The translations under genes were made by a program, and so were the position numbers. Below the pieces are notes generated by a model that was not told where the DNA came from, ran no database searches, and saw nothing but the letters and a program-made list of their open reading frames with translations. This document shows positions 48,505-58,697 of a stretch of 64,000 nt of DNA, one piece after another (the first letter of the stretch is position 1; each line of letters begins with the position of its first letter). This DNA is from an uncultured Acidobacteriota bacterium (GTDB taxonomy: Bacteria; Acidobacteriota; Terriglobia; UBA7540): positions 64,001 through 128,000 of the forward strand of contig CAWDSK010000004.1 in assembly GCA_963804995.1 (NCBI GenBank), in the 5' to 3' direction.

Positions 48505-50553
48505 ATGACGAGCAGGATCATCACCGGACTATTGCTGACTCTGACCCTGAGCGGTAGCGCGGCCCTGGCGAAGCACCCGATCACGTACGAAGATCTTGCA
48601 AAAGTGCAGCGCATCTCTGATCCTCAGATTTCGCCGGACGGCAAATGGATTGCCTACGTCGTGGGCGTTGTAGACCTCGCCGCCAACAAAACGCTGCGGC
48701 ATATCTGGCTGGTTCCCGCTGAAGGTGGCGCGCCGCGACAACTGACACAAGGTGAGGGCGCCGACACGCGCCCGCGCTGGTCCCCGGACGGCAATTCGCT
48801 GGCGTTCATCTCCACACGCGGCGGCAGTTCGCAAGTCTGGATCATCCCCATACACGGCGGCGAAGCGCGTCCCCTCACTTCGCTCTCAACCGAAGCAGAC
48901 GGCGTGACCTGGGCCGCGCATGGTGACGTGTTGCTCTGTACTTCGCAGGTGTATCCCGACTGCGCGGATGAGGACTGCAACGCGCGCCGCTTGAAAGAGG
49001 CTGCCGAGAGCAAAGTCAAAGCGCGACTGATTGACGAATTGCTCTATCGCCACTGGGACTCTTGGCGCGATGGTAAGTACACACACCTCTTCGCCGTTTC
49101 GGCCAGCGGAGGTACACCGCGTGACCTGACGCCGGGCGCTTATGATTCGCCAACCTGGTTCCTGGGCGGAGCCGACGGCTACGCGATTTCACCGGACGGG
49201 AAAGAAGTTTGCTACACCTCCAATCACTCCAAAGGTTCCGCCGGCCAGTCAGCGGCCGCCTGGACGACGAATGACGATCTCTACCTTGTCAGCGCGCAAG
49301 GCGGCGATGCGCGCAACATTACCAGCGCCAATCCCGGCTCCGATGCCTCGCCTCAGTACTCTCCCAACGGACGCTACATCGCCTACACCTCACAAGCGCG
49401 CAACGGCTATGAATCCGACCTCTTCCGGTTACGGGTGTACGACCGAGAAAGCGGAAAGATCACGGACCTCACCCCGGGCTTCGACCAATGGGTGACGAGC
49501 TTTACTTGGGCGCCCGACAGCAACACAATTTACTTCACCGCGCCTGACCACGCTCGCCAGCCGATTTTTAAGACTTTGATGAGCTCACCGAAAGTCGAAA
49601 AAGTTCTGGACGGCATGAATGATGAACTCGGTGTGAGCCCCGACGGCAAGCGGCTGATTCTCACCCGCACCAGCCTGACACAGCCGGCAACAGTTTATCG
49701 CGTGCCGACTGCCGGCGGCACACCTGTGCAGCTTACCCACGAAAACGATGCGCTCCTGGCCGACCTTGATATGAACCCTGTGGAATTGGTCACCACCAAG
49801 GGTGCATTGGGCGCTGAAATTCAGAACCTGCTGGTGAAGCCTCCGGGATTCGATGCCGGCAAAAAGTATCCCGCCATTTTTCTCGTCCACGGCGGGCCGC
49901 AAAGCGCTTGGGACGATGCCTGGAGCTACCGCTGGAATGCTGAGATGTTCGCCGCGCGCGGATACGTAGTGATGATGACGAACTTTCATGGGTCCACCGG
50001 CTACGGGCAGAATTTTGTGGAGGAGATTTCCGGCGATTGGGGCGGCGCACCGTATCAGGATTTGATGAATGCGGCGGACTATCTGCACGCCCTGCCCTAC
50101 GTCGATCGGAATCACGTGGGCGCGGCAGGTGCATCTTTCGGCGGGTACATGATCAACTGGATCGCCGGCCACACCGATCGCTTCAAAGCGCTGGTTTCAC
50201 ACGACGGCGTGTATGACAACCGCAGCATGTATGGCGAGACCGAGGAAATTTGGTTCGCTGAATGGGAATTCAAGGGACTGCCCTGGGATAAGCAAGCCTC
50301 GGAGCTGCGCGAAAAGTGGTCGCCCTCGAACTTCGTTCAGAACATCAAAACTCCTATGCTGATTGTAGAAGGCGCCCGCGATTATCGTGTACCCGAGGGG
50401 CAGGCCATGCAACTCTTCTCGGCTTTACAGCGGCGCGGCGTGCCTTCGAGGCTTCTCTATTTCCCCGACGAAGGCCACTGGGTACTGAAGCCGCAGAATG
50501 GCCAACTGTGGTACAAGACAGTGCTGGGATGGCTGGATCAGTGGGTGAAGTAG
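48505..50553 (+). CDS. S9 family peptidase (beta-propeller plus catalytic domain)
   Basis: SPDG repeats, VHGGPQ, GASFGGY, DYRVP, PDEGHW. Confidence 0.95.
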   Translation: MTSRIITGLLLTLTLSGSAALAKHPITYEDLAKVQRISDPQISPDGKWIAYVVGVVDLAANKTLRHIWLVPAEGGAPRQLTQGEGADTRPRWSPDGNSLAFISTRGGSSQVWIIPIHGGEARPLTSLSTEADGVTWAAHGDVLLCTSQVYPDCADEDCNARRLKEAAESKVKARLIDELLYRHWDSWRDGKYTHLFAVSASGGTPRDLTPGAYDSPTWFLGGADGYAISPDGKEVCYTSNHSKGSAGQSAAAWTTNDDLYLVSAQGGDARNITSANPGSDASPQYSPNGRYIAYTSQARNGYESDLFRLRVYDRESGKITDLTPGFDQWVTSFTWAPDSNTIYFTAPDHARQPIFKTLMSSPKVEKVLDGMNDELGVSPDGKRLILTRTSLTQPATVYRVPTAGGTPVQLTHENDALLADLDMNPVELVTTKGALGAEIQNLLVKPPGFDAGKKYPAIFLVHGGPQSAWDDAWSYRWNAEMFAARGYVVMMTNFHGSTGYGQNFVEEISGDWGGAPYQDLMNAADYLHALPYVDRNHVGAAGASFGGYMINWIAGHTDRFKALVSHDGVYDNRSMYGETEEIWFAEWEFKGLPWDKQASELREKWSPSNFVQNIKTPMLIVEGARDYRVPEGQAMQLFSALQRRGVPSRLLYFPDEGHWVLKPQNGQLWYKTVLGWLDQWVK

Positions 50554-50589
50554 CAGGAAGCAGGAGACTGCAGGAAAACGGAGACATCT

Positions 50590-51882
50590 ATGAACAGAGA
50601 CGAAATCGTTCGCAAAAAGCAGGAATATCTTTTCAACTGCGTCACCACCTACTTCAAAGACCCGATGGTGATTGATCACGCCAAAGGCCAATACGTTTGG
50701 GACAGCGAGGGCAAGCAGTATCTCGATTTCCTGGGTGGAATCGTGACCATAAGCGTGGGCCACTCGAACCCCAAGGTGACGGAAAAAATCAAGGCCCAGG
50801 TCGACAAGGTCCAGCACACCTCCACGCTTTTCATCACGGAAGCAATGGTGAACCTGGCTGAGAAAGTCGCCTCGATTGCCCCCGGTAAACTCAAGAAGAG
50901 CTACTTCACCAACAGCGGCACGGAAGCGAACGAAGTCGCGGTGCTCACGGCCCGCATGTACACTGGCAACTACGAGCTCCTGGCGCTACGCCACGGCTAC
51001 AGCGGGCACTCGCATCTTGCCAAGTCGCTTACCGGATTACACACCTGGCGCAAGGCCGGAGTGATACCTTACGGGATCGTGCATGCGCCGGGGCCGTACT
51101 GCTATCGCTGCCCTTACGGCCTGACCTATCCCAGTTGCGAACTGCACTGCGCGAAGGATGTCGATGAAGTCATCAAGACTTCCACCAGCGGCCAGATCGC
51201 GGGCATGCTGGTTGAGACTATTCAGGGACTGGGCGGGTTCGTCGTGCCACCGCCCGGCTATTTCAAGATTGTTGCGAACATTGTGCGCAACTACGGCGGA
51301 CTCTTCATCGCCGACGAAGTGCAGACGGCCTGGGGCCGCACCGGCAAGAAGTGGTGGGGGATCGAGCATTGGGAAGTGGAGCCCGACATCATTACCAGCG
51401 CCAAGAGTATGGCGAACGGCGTGCCTATTGGGCTGACGCTGACGCGCCCGGAAATCGCCGACGCGTACAAGGGTCTGACCATTTCGACCTTCGGCGGCAA
51501 CCCCGTGGCATGCGTAGCAGCCAAAGCCACTATCGACCTGATCGAAGAAGACCGCCTGATGGATAATGCTGAAACCGTGGGCCAGCATTTCCACGCAGGC
51601 CTCAAAGCGCTCCAGGAGAAGCACGCGATCATCGGCGACGTGCGCGGTATGGGCCTGATGCAAGGCATCGAACTGGTGAAGAATCGTGAAACTAAAGAGC
51701 CTGGAACCGATTTGACCAATCAATTGCTCGAGCGCCTGCGTGCGAATGGCCTGCTGGTTGGCAAAGGCGGCCTATACGCCAACGTGGTGCGCATGTCCCC
51801 GCCGCTCAATATTTCCAAGGATGATGTGGATGTGGCGCTTGCGGCGCTTGACAAGGGTCTGGCGGAGGTTGTCGCGAAATAG
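50590..51882 (+). CDS. Class III PLP aminotransferase
   Basis: YLDFLGG, NSGTEAN, IADEVQTAWGRTG, SAKSMANG, STFGGNP, DVRGMGLM. Confidence 0.93.
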   Translation: MNRDEIVRKKQEYLFNCVTTYFKDPMVIDHAKGQYVWDSEGKQYLDFLGGIVTISVGHSNPKVTEKIKAQVDKVQHTSTLFITEAMVNLAEKVASIAPGKLKKSYFTNSGTEANEVAVLTARMYTGNYELLALRHGYSGHSHLAKSLTGLHTWRKAGVIPYGIVHAPGPYCYRCPYGLTYPSCELHCAKDVDEVIKTSTSGQIAGMLVETIQGLGGFVVPPPGYFKIVANIVRNYGGLFIADEVQTAWGRTGKKWWGIEHWEVEPDIITSAKSMANGVPIGLTLTRPEIADAYKGLTISTFGGNPVACVAAKATIDLIEEDRLMDNAETVGQHFHAGLKALQEKHAIIGDVRGMGLMQGIELVKNRETKEPGTDLTNQLLERLRANGLLVGKGGLYANVVRMSPPLNISKDDVDVALAALDKGLAEVVAK

Positions 51883-51945
51883 ATCCGCGGTCAATTGGAT
51901 ATGATTCCATTTTGATGAGGTTTTGAATCAGGAAACGAGGCGTTG

Positions 51946-52785
51946 ATGCCAGGCATCCCTGTACTGCACGTTGAAGCGGATTGCATTGCGCGCGCGTGGG
52001 AAGATTCGCTTATCCTGCTGCACGACAAAGGTTGCGACCTCAAGACGCAATATGACAAGCCGGGTGACCCTCCCAGCAAAGACGCCACGATGGTGATCAC
52101 CATCACCCAACCACTTAAAGAACCCATGATCCATCGCGATTTCCCGGGCGGGCCTGAAGACTTGCAGGAATATGTCATGGAGGTTCTGGAGGGCATCAAA
52201 GACCATCTGGTGCGCGACCGGCGCGACCCCACCGACACGCGCTGGGAATATACCTACCATCAACGACTCTTCCGCTATGAAGTCCCCGGACTCACACCCT
52301 TCGATCAGGTTGAAACGATCTGCCGCAAGCTGGCGGAGACGCCTTATACACGACGCGCCCAGGCTGTGACCTGGAAGGTTTGGGAGGATAATGACTGCTA
52401 CGATCCCGCCTGTCTGCAAAGCGTCTGGTGCCGGATTACCGAAGACGAGGGCGCACCGGTGCTGAGCATGAACGTGCGTTTCCGTTCCAATGATGCCTAC
52501 AAGGCCGCCTTCATGAATATTTTTGCCCTGGTCGAAATGCAAAAACGGATCGCGGGAAGGGTATCAGAACTTTCGGGCCGGCCTGTAGGTGTGGGCCGCT
52601 ACTGCCACCTGGCCGATAGCTACCATATCTATGGATCGTACTTTCGAGAATTCGAAGCTCGGTTTATAGGCGCCCTGGCCAAACGCACCTTTGAGCAACG
52701 AACTCTCCACTATGACGACTGGCGCGAGATGATGGAAGAAGCGCGGCCGGCCATCCTGGAGAAGGCTCGCAAGATGAGCCGGTGA
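51946..52785 (+). CDS. thyA: Thymidylate synthase, archaeal-like type
   Basis: YTYHQRL, TRRAQAVTW, DPACLQ (catalytic Cys), FRSND..AAFMN, SYHIY. Confidence 0.75.
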   Translation: MPGIPVLHVEADCIARAWEDSLILLHDKGCDLKTQYDKPGDPPSKDATMVITITQPLKEPMIHRDFPGGPEDLQEYVMEVLEGIKDHLVRDRRDPTDTRWEYTYHQRLFRYEVPGLTPFDQVETICRKLAETPYTRRAQAVTWKVWEDNDCYDPACLQSVWCRITEDEGAPVLSMNVRFRSNDAYKAAFMNIFALVEMQKRIAGRVSELSGRPVGVGRYCHLADSYHIYGSYFREFEARFIGALAKRTFEQRTLHYDDWREMMEEARPAILEKARKMSR

Positions 52786-52871
52786 GGAAGAAGTACTCCA
52801 CTTTCCCGTAACCTTCGCACACCAATTCCCCACGAAAGCAGGCCAGGAATCGAGGCCCTCCTTCACCGCGG

Positions 52872-53702
52872 CTATTTCTTCTGCTGGGCGTCTGAGCTGG
52901 ACTTGGTGCTTGCCTTGCCTGTCCCCTTCTTGTCAGACTCAGCTTTCTTCTCGTCACCCGGCGCCTCCGGTGCGTGCGCAGTTCGTTTGTGACCTTTGAA
53001 CACCGGAGCGATGTTCTTCATGGGTGTGGCGCGTCCCTGCTTGTTATGCTCGGCGTACCCCAACTCGCTCTGGCAGGAGGCCAGGTTCGTCTGCGCGGCC
53101 AGCACCAGTCCATCCTGATTCTTCATCAAAAAAGCCAGATGCGGCTGCAGTGCCTGCTGGAAGTCGAAGAGTTGATTGCCGGCCTGGCTGAATTGCCCGC
53201 CGAAGCTGGCGTTTTCATACTGCGCGACGCTGCGTGACAGCCCATCCAGGCGCGGTAGAACAGAGTTGATGGCCACATAGGTCTGGAAGCCGAGATACAA
53301 ACTATCCGGACGCCCATCGAACTGCGTTCGCCACTCTTCCTCTGAATTCAGCGCCTGGTGCAGAGTCTCCAGCGATTGGCCGAAGGACTTCCGGGCGGCC
53401 TCAGGCATCTTCTTCCATTGGTCCGGGTGCACCTGCTCGAGCAGGTCATTGATGTGATATTGCGTGAGCCAGAGTTTATGAAGCAGAGCTTTCACCTGCT
53501 CTGGCTCTAAATACCCCGTCGTACCCGCGCGGGTGGTGGCAGGAGGCGGCGTTGCAGTCGGGGCCTGAATCTGCTCCGTCTGAATTTCCTGCGTAGCGGG
53601 TCCGGTGGAGGGCTTCGGGTACGACTTTTTTTGAGAGGAAGTTTGAGCCAGCACTGCCAGCGGGTGGACCACAAAAAGCAAGGCAAGGAGACATGCTTTC
53701 AT
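52872..53702 (-). CDS. Secreted helical hypothetical protein
   Basis: Signal peptide, Gln-rich helical body, low-complexity basic tail. Confidence 0.75.
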   Translation of the reverse strand: MKACLLALLFVVHPLAVLAQTSSQKKSYPKPSTGPATQEIQTEQIQAPTATPPPATTRAGTTGYLEPEQVKALLHKLWLTQYHINDLLEQVHPDQWKKMPEAARKSFGQSLETLHQALNSEEEWRTQFDGRPDSLYLGFQTYVAINSVLPRLDGLSRSVAQYENASFGGQFSQAGNQLFDFQQALQPHLAFLMKNQDGLVLAAQTNLASCQSELGYAEHNKQGRATPMKNIAPVFKGHKRTAHAPEAPGDEKKAESDKKGTGKASTKSSSDAQQKK

Positions 53703-53849
53703 TGCTGACCTCACATTTTAGTTAGAAGGCCTCGAGGCAGAAGAAGGATGGCAGGGTTCAGTTCACTTCGTCCACAAATTTCCGAATGGATTGAGTCGCC
53801 GCTTCGCCAAGATCCAGGAATTGGATTCCCATACCTAAGAATCAGAGCT

Positions 53850-54239
53850 TCAGTCGGCGGCTTGTTGAATCTCTACGGCGAACTTGAAGTACGAGCGCGG
53901 TATGCCACGTCCCCACCGGTTTACTTCCCAGCGTGCTTGAAGAAACTTGATGTCAGGCCGCTGCCGCAGGTCCAGGGCAGCAGGCGTTACGCCCCGATAG
54001 AATCTTTGGGGAAACCAAAAGAGTGCCTGAGCGCCCCAGTTCTGACCATCTGCGGAACCCCAAATGGAAACGTGCAAGGATTCCTGCTCAAGGGCCTCCT
54101 CGATCCGCATGACCAGCAAGAGGGTCTGGCCCGCCAGCCCCCCCAGCTCGAGTGGAGTACCTTGACCAGGCGATTCCACCTTGGTGTTGGCGGGGACCAG
54201 ATAGGAAAGGGCAGAGCTTGCCGTAATGCTGTTACTCAT
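53850..54239 (-). CDS. Hypothetical protein
   Basis: EQESLHVSIWGSADG.NWG..FPQ.FY.G..LQARWEVNRWGRG. Confidence 0.7.
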   Translation of the reverse strand: MSNSITASSALSYLVPANTKVESPGQGTPLELGGLAGQTLLLVMRIEEALEQESLHVSIWGSADGQNWGAQALFWFPQRFYRGVTPAALDLRQRPDIKFLQARWEVNRWGRGIPRSYFKFAVEIQQAAD

Positions 54240-54487
54240 AATGTAAACCGGTTCCCAGGATGTTCCAGCTAAGAGATGAATCGTACCATAAGGTTTTGCG
54301 GAAACGAAAGTCAAACAGCGGTGAAGTCGGGGGAAGAGACGGACTTGATCGAGCAGCTCAATGGAGGCGCCCGGGGCAAATCACAACCTTTCCTGGCCGT
54401 GAACATCTAACGCCGGATGAGGGAAAGATGTGAAAGCTTGCCTTTTTTCATGCAGAACGCATAGACTTTCGGCTTCTGGGATCAACT

Positions 54488-57247
54488 ATGCGCTTACTGA
54501 TGGGACTGTATTTTTCTTTACTCCTCGCGGCGGGGGTGGCCCAGCCGGCTGACGTTTCAACCGTTTCACTCGATGGTGACTGGCACTTCCTCGCTGACCC
54601 CAGTGGCACGCTGGACGTGCAGAAACTTGATTCCGCTCCCTACGTCCGGCCAACCCGGGTTCCCTCCTCCTGGCAATCGCAGTTCGCGGATCTGCGCGAT
54701 TATGCCGGAGTTGCGTGGTACTGGCGTACCCTTACCGCTGCCCCGCCTGCGCCTGACCAAGTAGCCCTATTACACTTCGGCGCGGTGGATTACCAGGCGG
54801 AGGTTTATGTCAATGGCCAGAAGGCCGGCTCACACGAGGGCGGATATTTACCCTTTGACCTCAACGTCACTTCCCTGCTCCACGCGGGTGAAAATCAGTT
54901 CGCCGTGCGCGTTTCCGACCCCGGCGCCAAACCACATGAGGTTGTGGCAGGCATCAACTACGCGGAAATTCCGCATGGCAAGCAGAGCTGGTACGTCCAA
55001 ACGAGCGGGTTGTGGCAGAGCGTCGAGCTCGACTACCGTCCGCGCGTGCGGCTTGGCAACGTCCACATTTCAGCCGCCCCGGATGGGTCCTTGGTGATTA
55101 CGGCGCCGGTGGTCCGCGTGGGGTCGACCGATGCCACTCGCGCCAGCGCCGAGGTCCGCGATATGGCCGGGAAAGTAGTGTGGCAGAGCACCCAGGATGT
55201 GGCCACCGGGGCGAACAGCGCCAAGCTCAGCGGGCTCATCCAAGCTCCGGCCCTGTGGAGTCCCGCGAGCCCGACTCTCTACGAACTGCATGTGTCGCTC
55301 AGTTCGGGAGATTCCACGAGCTGCCGCTTCGGGTTCCGCAGCTTTGGCACGCATGATGGCAAGTTCTATCTGAACGGCAAGCCTGTTTACCTGCGCGGGG
55401 CACTCGACCAAGATTTTTATCCTGAGACGATTTACACGCCTCCCTCGATCGACTATATCCGCGATGAGATGCGCAAGGCGAAGGCCCTGGGGCTGAATCT
55501 GCTGCGCTGCCACATCAAGGCGCCAGACCCACGTTACCTCCAGGCGGCAGATGAAGTGGGGATACTCGTTTGGTACGAGATTCCGAATTGGGACAAGCTT
55601 ACGAACGACTCCGAGCGCCGCGCCATGGAGACCCTGCACGGCATGGTTGAACGTGATTGGAACCATCCCGCCATCGTGATCGTGAGTATCCTTAATGAAA
55701 GCTGGGGCGCCAACCTGAAGGAAACTCCGGACCGCACGTGGCTGAAGTCAGCTTTTCAGGATGCCAAGACCTTTGTACCCTGGCTGGTGGTGGATAACAG
55801 CGCGTGCTGTGACAACTTCCACGTGGCCACTGACATCGCGGATTTTCACCAATACGCGGCCGTTCCCGACTACGCCTCGAATTTCGACCGGCTGGTTGAC
55901 GACCAGGCGCAGAGGCCGGGCTGGCTGTTCAGTCCATACGGAGACGCGGCGCCCAAGGGGGACGAACCCCTGGTGCTCTCTGAGTTCGGCAACTGGGGAT
56001 TGCCACGCGTGCCGGAGGACAAGCCTTGGTGGTTCAGTCGCGGAAGTGGAGAAAATGAAATAACCATGCCCGAGGGGGTGGAGAAGCGCTTCAAGGATTA
56101 TCAGTACGCATCCCTCTTCCCGGACCTCAACACCCTGACGGACGCGACCGAGTGGCACGAGTACACCGCTCTGAAGTATGAGCTTGAGGCCTTGCGCGCG
56201 CACCCTGAACTCCAGGGATACATCATCACGGAGTTTACTGATATCAATTGGGAAGCGAACGGCCTGCTCGATATGTGGCGTCACCCCAAGGTGTTTGCCG
56301 ACGCCCTCCGCCCGTTGCAACAGGAAGATTTAGTTGTGCTGCGTAGCGACAAGCGGAATTACCACGTAGGCGAGTCCGTGCGGGCGGACGTTTATCTTTC
56401 TCACTACGGCCCCGCGGACCTGGCGGGCGGCAAAATCGATTGGCAAGTGGAGGGAACCTCGCTCGCAGGAAGCATATCGGCAGCGCCGGCGGCTTCCGTG
56501 GGCGCGGCCAAGGCGGGCACCTTGCAGTTTGCGGCGCCTCCAGGATCAGCGCCTGTCAAACGCACTTTAAAGGCTGTGTATAGCGTCGGAGAAAAAACCA
56601 TTTCCGAGGATTCTCTCAACCTGTATTTCTATCCTCATCTCCAGCCGGATCTGCCGCCGCCCGTCTCTTTCTATGACCCCACAGGCCGCCTGCGCAGGCT
56701 GGTCAACGAAATGCGGGCGCGCAATTACTTGGCGCCCTCGGGTGCGGAAGCCTATCCCGTATTGATCACTTCGGTGCTGGATGAGACAGTCAAAAACAAG
56801 CTCCGCGCCGGAGCTCGGGTGATCCTGATGGCCGCAGATCAAATGACGCTCGCGCCTGGGTTGGAAATTGTGCCCCGCTCACAAGGCGACTTCAGTGGCA
56901 ACTGGATTGCCGACTTCCTCTGGCTGCGCAAGGATCGAGCTCCATTTACAAGCATCGGATTCAATACACTAGGCGAGTTTGAAACGCAGGCCGTCACCCC
57001 GGCGGCGGTCCTCAAAGGAATCCCCGCGCAGAACTTCAACGATGTGCTGGCCGGAATGTTTTACGGTTGGGTTCAATCGAACGTGGGAGTGCTTGTGCAG
57101 GCCAAGGCCGGCAAGGGTAAACTGCTGATCTCAACATTCTCCCTCGCTACCGCCTACAACTCCGATCCGTACGCTACCTTCCTGCTGGATGCGCTGGTCA
57201 ATTACGCGGTGTCAGATTTCTCACCACATTTCGAAATACCCATGTGA
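54488..57247 (+). CDS. Secreted GH2 glycoside hydrolase
   Basis: SLDGDW, HFGAVDY, HEGGYLPF, RGALDQ, LRCHIK, NHP..ILNESWG, LSEFG. Confidence 0.93.
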   Translation: MRLLMGLYFSLLLAAGVAQPADVSTVSLDGDWHFLADPSGTLDVQKLDSAPYVRPTRVPSSWQSQFADLRDYAGVAWYWRTLTAAPPAPDQVALLHFGAVDYQAEVYVNGQKAGSHEGGYLPFDLNVTSLLHAGENQFAVRVSDPGAKPHEVVAGINYAEIPHGKQSWYVQTSGLWQSVELDYRPRVRLGNVHISAAPDGSLVITAPVVRVGSTDATRASAEVRDMAGKVVWQSTQDVATGANSAKLSGLIQAPALWSPASPTLYELHVSLSSGDSTSCRFGFRSFGTHDGKFYLNGKPVYLRGALDQDFYPETIYTPPSIDYIRDEMRKAKALGLNLLRCHIKAPDPRYLQAADEVGILVWYEIPNWDKLTNDSERRAMETLHGMVERDWNHPAIVIVSILNESWGANLKETPDRTWLKSAFQDAKTFVPWLVVDNSACCDNFHVATDIADFHQYAAVPDYASNFDRLVDDQAQRPGWLFSPYGDAAPKGDEPLVLSEFGNWGLPRVPEDKPWWFSRGSGENEITMPEGVEKRFKDYQYASLFPDLNTLTDATEWHEYTALKYELEALRAHPELQGYIITEFTDINWEANGLLDMWRHPKVFADALRPLQQEDLVVLRSDKRNYHVGESVRADVYLSHYGPADLAGGKIDWQVEGTSLAGSISAAPAASVGAAKAGTLQFAAPPGSAPVKRTLKAVYSVGEKTISEDSLNLYFYPHLQPDLPPPVSFYDPTGRLRRLVNEMRARNYLAPSGAEAYPVLITSVLDETVKNKLRAGARVILMAADQMTLAPGLEIVPRSQGDFSGNWIADFLWLRKDRAPFTSIGFNTLGEFETQAVTPAAVLKGIPAQNFNDVLAGMFYGWVQSNVGVLVQAKAGKGKLLISTFSLATAYNSDPYATFLLDALVNYAVSDFSPHFEIPM

Positions 57248-57266
57248 GGAAGAGAGGCGTCAGGTT

Positions 57267-57475
57267 GGCTGGCGCAGACCCCGGTTTTTAGGGGGTCTGC
57301 GATCTCCCGAAGGGACTCTCATGCGGCAAGGGATTAGCACGGGGCAGCATACCGTTTTATGAGCGTATTTCCTGCCTGAGCCAAATGCTATTCTTCACCA
57401 AAGGAATGAGCTGCGACTCACCCATGTTCCTTCGGGATAACGCAGACCCCAAAGGTCGGGGCTCAGCGCCAGCCG
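57267..57475. repeat. REPIN-like element between convergent genes
   Basis: GGCTGGCGCAGAC..GTCTGCGAT..CCCGAAGGGA ... CGCAGAC..GCGCCAGCC; related copy at about 40921-41043. Confidence 0.7.
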
Positions 57476-57485
57476 GGGCCACCTG

Positions 57486-58688
57486 CTATTTGCGCAGCTT
57501 TCCCAACCGCCGGATGGCTTCATCAAGCGTGGCGTCAGTTTTGCAAAAAGCGAAACGCACCTGCTGCGCCCCCAAGGCAGGATCGCGATAGAAGCTGCTG
57601 CCCGGCACGGCAGCGACGCCGATCTCACTCACGAGGTGGCGGGCAAACTCCACATCATTGGGAAAGCCAAACGCGGAAATATCCGTCATGATGTAGTAAG
57701 CCCCGTGGGGTTGGAAGCAACGGAATCCAGCCTGTTCAAGCCCTGCCAACATGCGGTCTCGCCGCAGTCGATAGTTGGCCGCGAGTCTTTCATAATAGGT
57801 CTCGGGAAGCCGCAGGGCGATTGCACCCGCAGCTTGTAATGGCGCGGCTGCTCCCACCGTGAGGAAATCGTGCATTTTGCGGATCGCATCGGTGACCTGC
57901 GGGGGGGCGACGGCGTAACCCACCCGCCATCCGGTGACGCTATAGGTTTTCGAAAGCGCATTGATAGTAATGGTCCGCTCGCGCATGCCCGGGAGAGTGG
58001 CGAGCGAAATGTGCCGGTAGCCGTCATACACCAGGTATTGGTAAATTTCATCCGTGATGGCGTAAGCATTTGTCCGCCGGCATTGCTCGGCAATCAGTTC
58101 AAGCTCGGCCAGCGCGAAGACTTTTCCAGTGGGATTGTTGGGCGTGTTGAGGATCACGGCGCGGGTGCGGTCGGTAAAGGCCGCGGTAAGCTCCTGAGGG
58201 TCGAAAGTCCAATCCGGGGGACGAAGCCGCACATAGCGTGTCGAGGCGCCGCAGATGATGGCGTCAGGCCCATAGTTCTCGTAGAAAGGCTCGAAGACCA
58301 CAACCTCCTCGCCCGGGTCGATAATGGCCAGGAGCGAGGCGATCATGGTTTCGGTGGCGCCGCAGCAGACCGTCAACTCGCGTTCCGGGTCGATGGCGAG
58401 GCCGGTGTCGTGCCGGAAGCGGTCCGCGACAGCTTGCCGGAAATCTCGGGCGCCCCAGGTGATGGCGTATTGGTTGATGTCTGCGCGGATCGCCTTTACA
58501 GCCGCTTCCTTTACTTCCTCCGGTGCGGCAAAATCCGGGAATCCCTGGGCAAGGTTGACCGCATGGTGATCGATTGCCAAGCGCGTCATCTCGCGGATGA
58601 CCGACTCCGTAAACTGACCCGCCTTGCGCGAAATGGGCGAGCGGGCCGCGGCAGGACTCGGCTGGGGTTCAAGAGGACTTCCCTTCAT
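57486..58688 (-). CDS. Class I/II PLP aminotransferase
   Basis: NLAQGFPDF, NTPNNPTG, DEIY, SKTYSVTGWRVG, VRFAFCK. Confidence 0.93.
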   Translation of the reverse strand: MKGSPLEPQPSPAAARSPISRKAGQFTESVIREMTRLAIDHHAVNLAQGFPDFAAPEEVKEAAVKAIRADINQYAITWGARDFRQAVADRFRHDTGLAIDPERELTVCCGATETMIASLLAIIDPGEEVVVFEPFYENYGPDAIICGASTRYVRLRPPDWTFDPQELTAAFTDRTRAVILNTPNNPTGKVFALAELELIAEQCRRTNAYAITDEIYQYLVYDGYRHISLATLPGMRERTITINALSKTYSVTGWRVGYAVAPPQVTDAIRKMHDFLTVGAAAPLQAAGAIALRLPETYYERLAANYRLRRDRMLAGLEQAGFRCFQPHGAYYIMTDISAFGFPNDVEFARHLVSEIGVAAVPGSSFYRDPALGAQQVRFAFCKTDATLDEAIRRLGKLRK

Positions 58689-58697
58689 ACCATCTCC

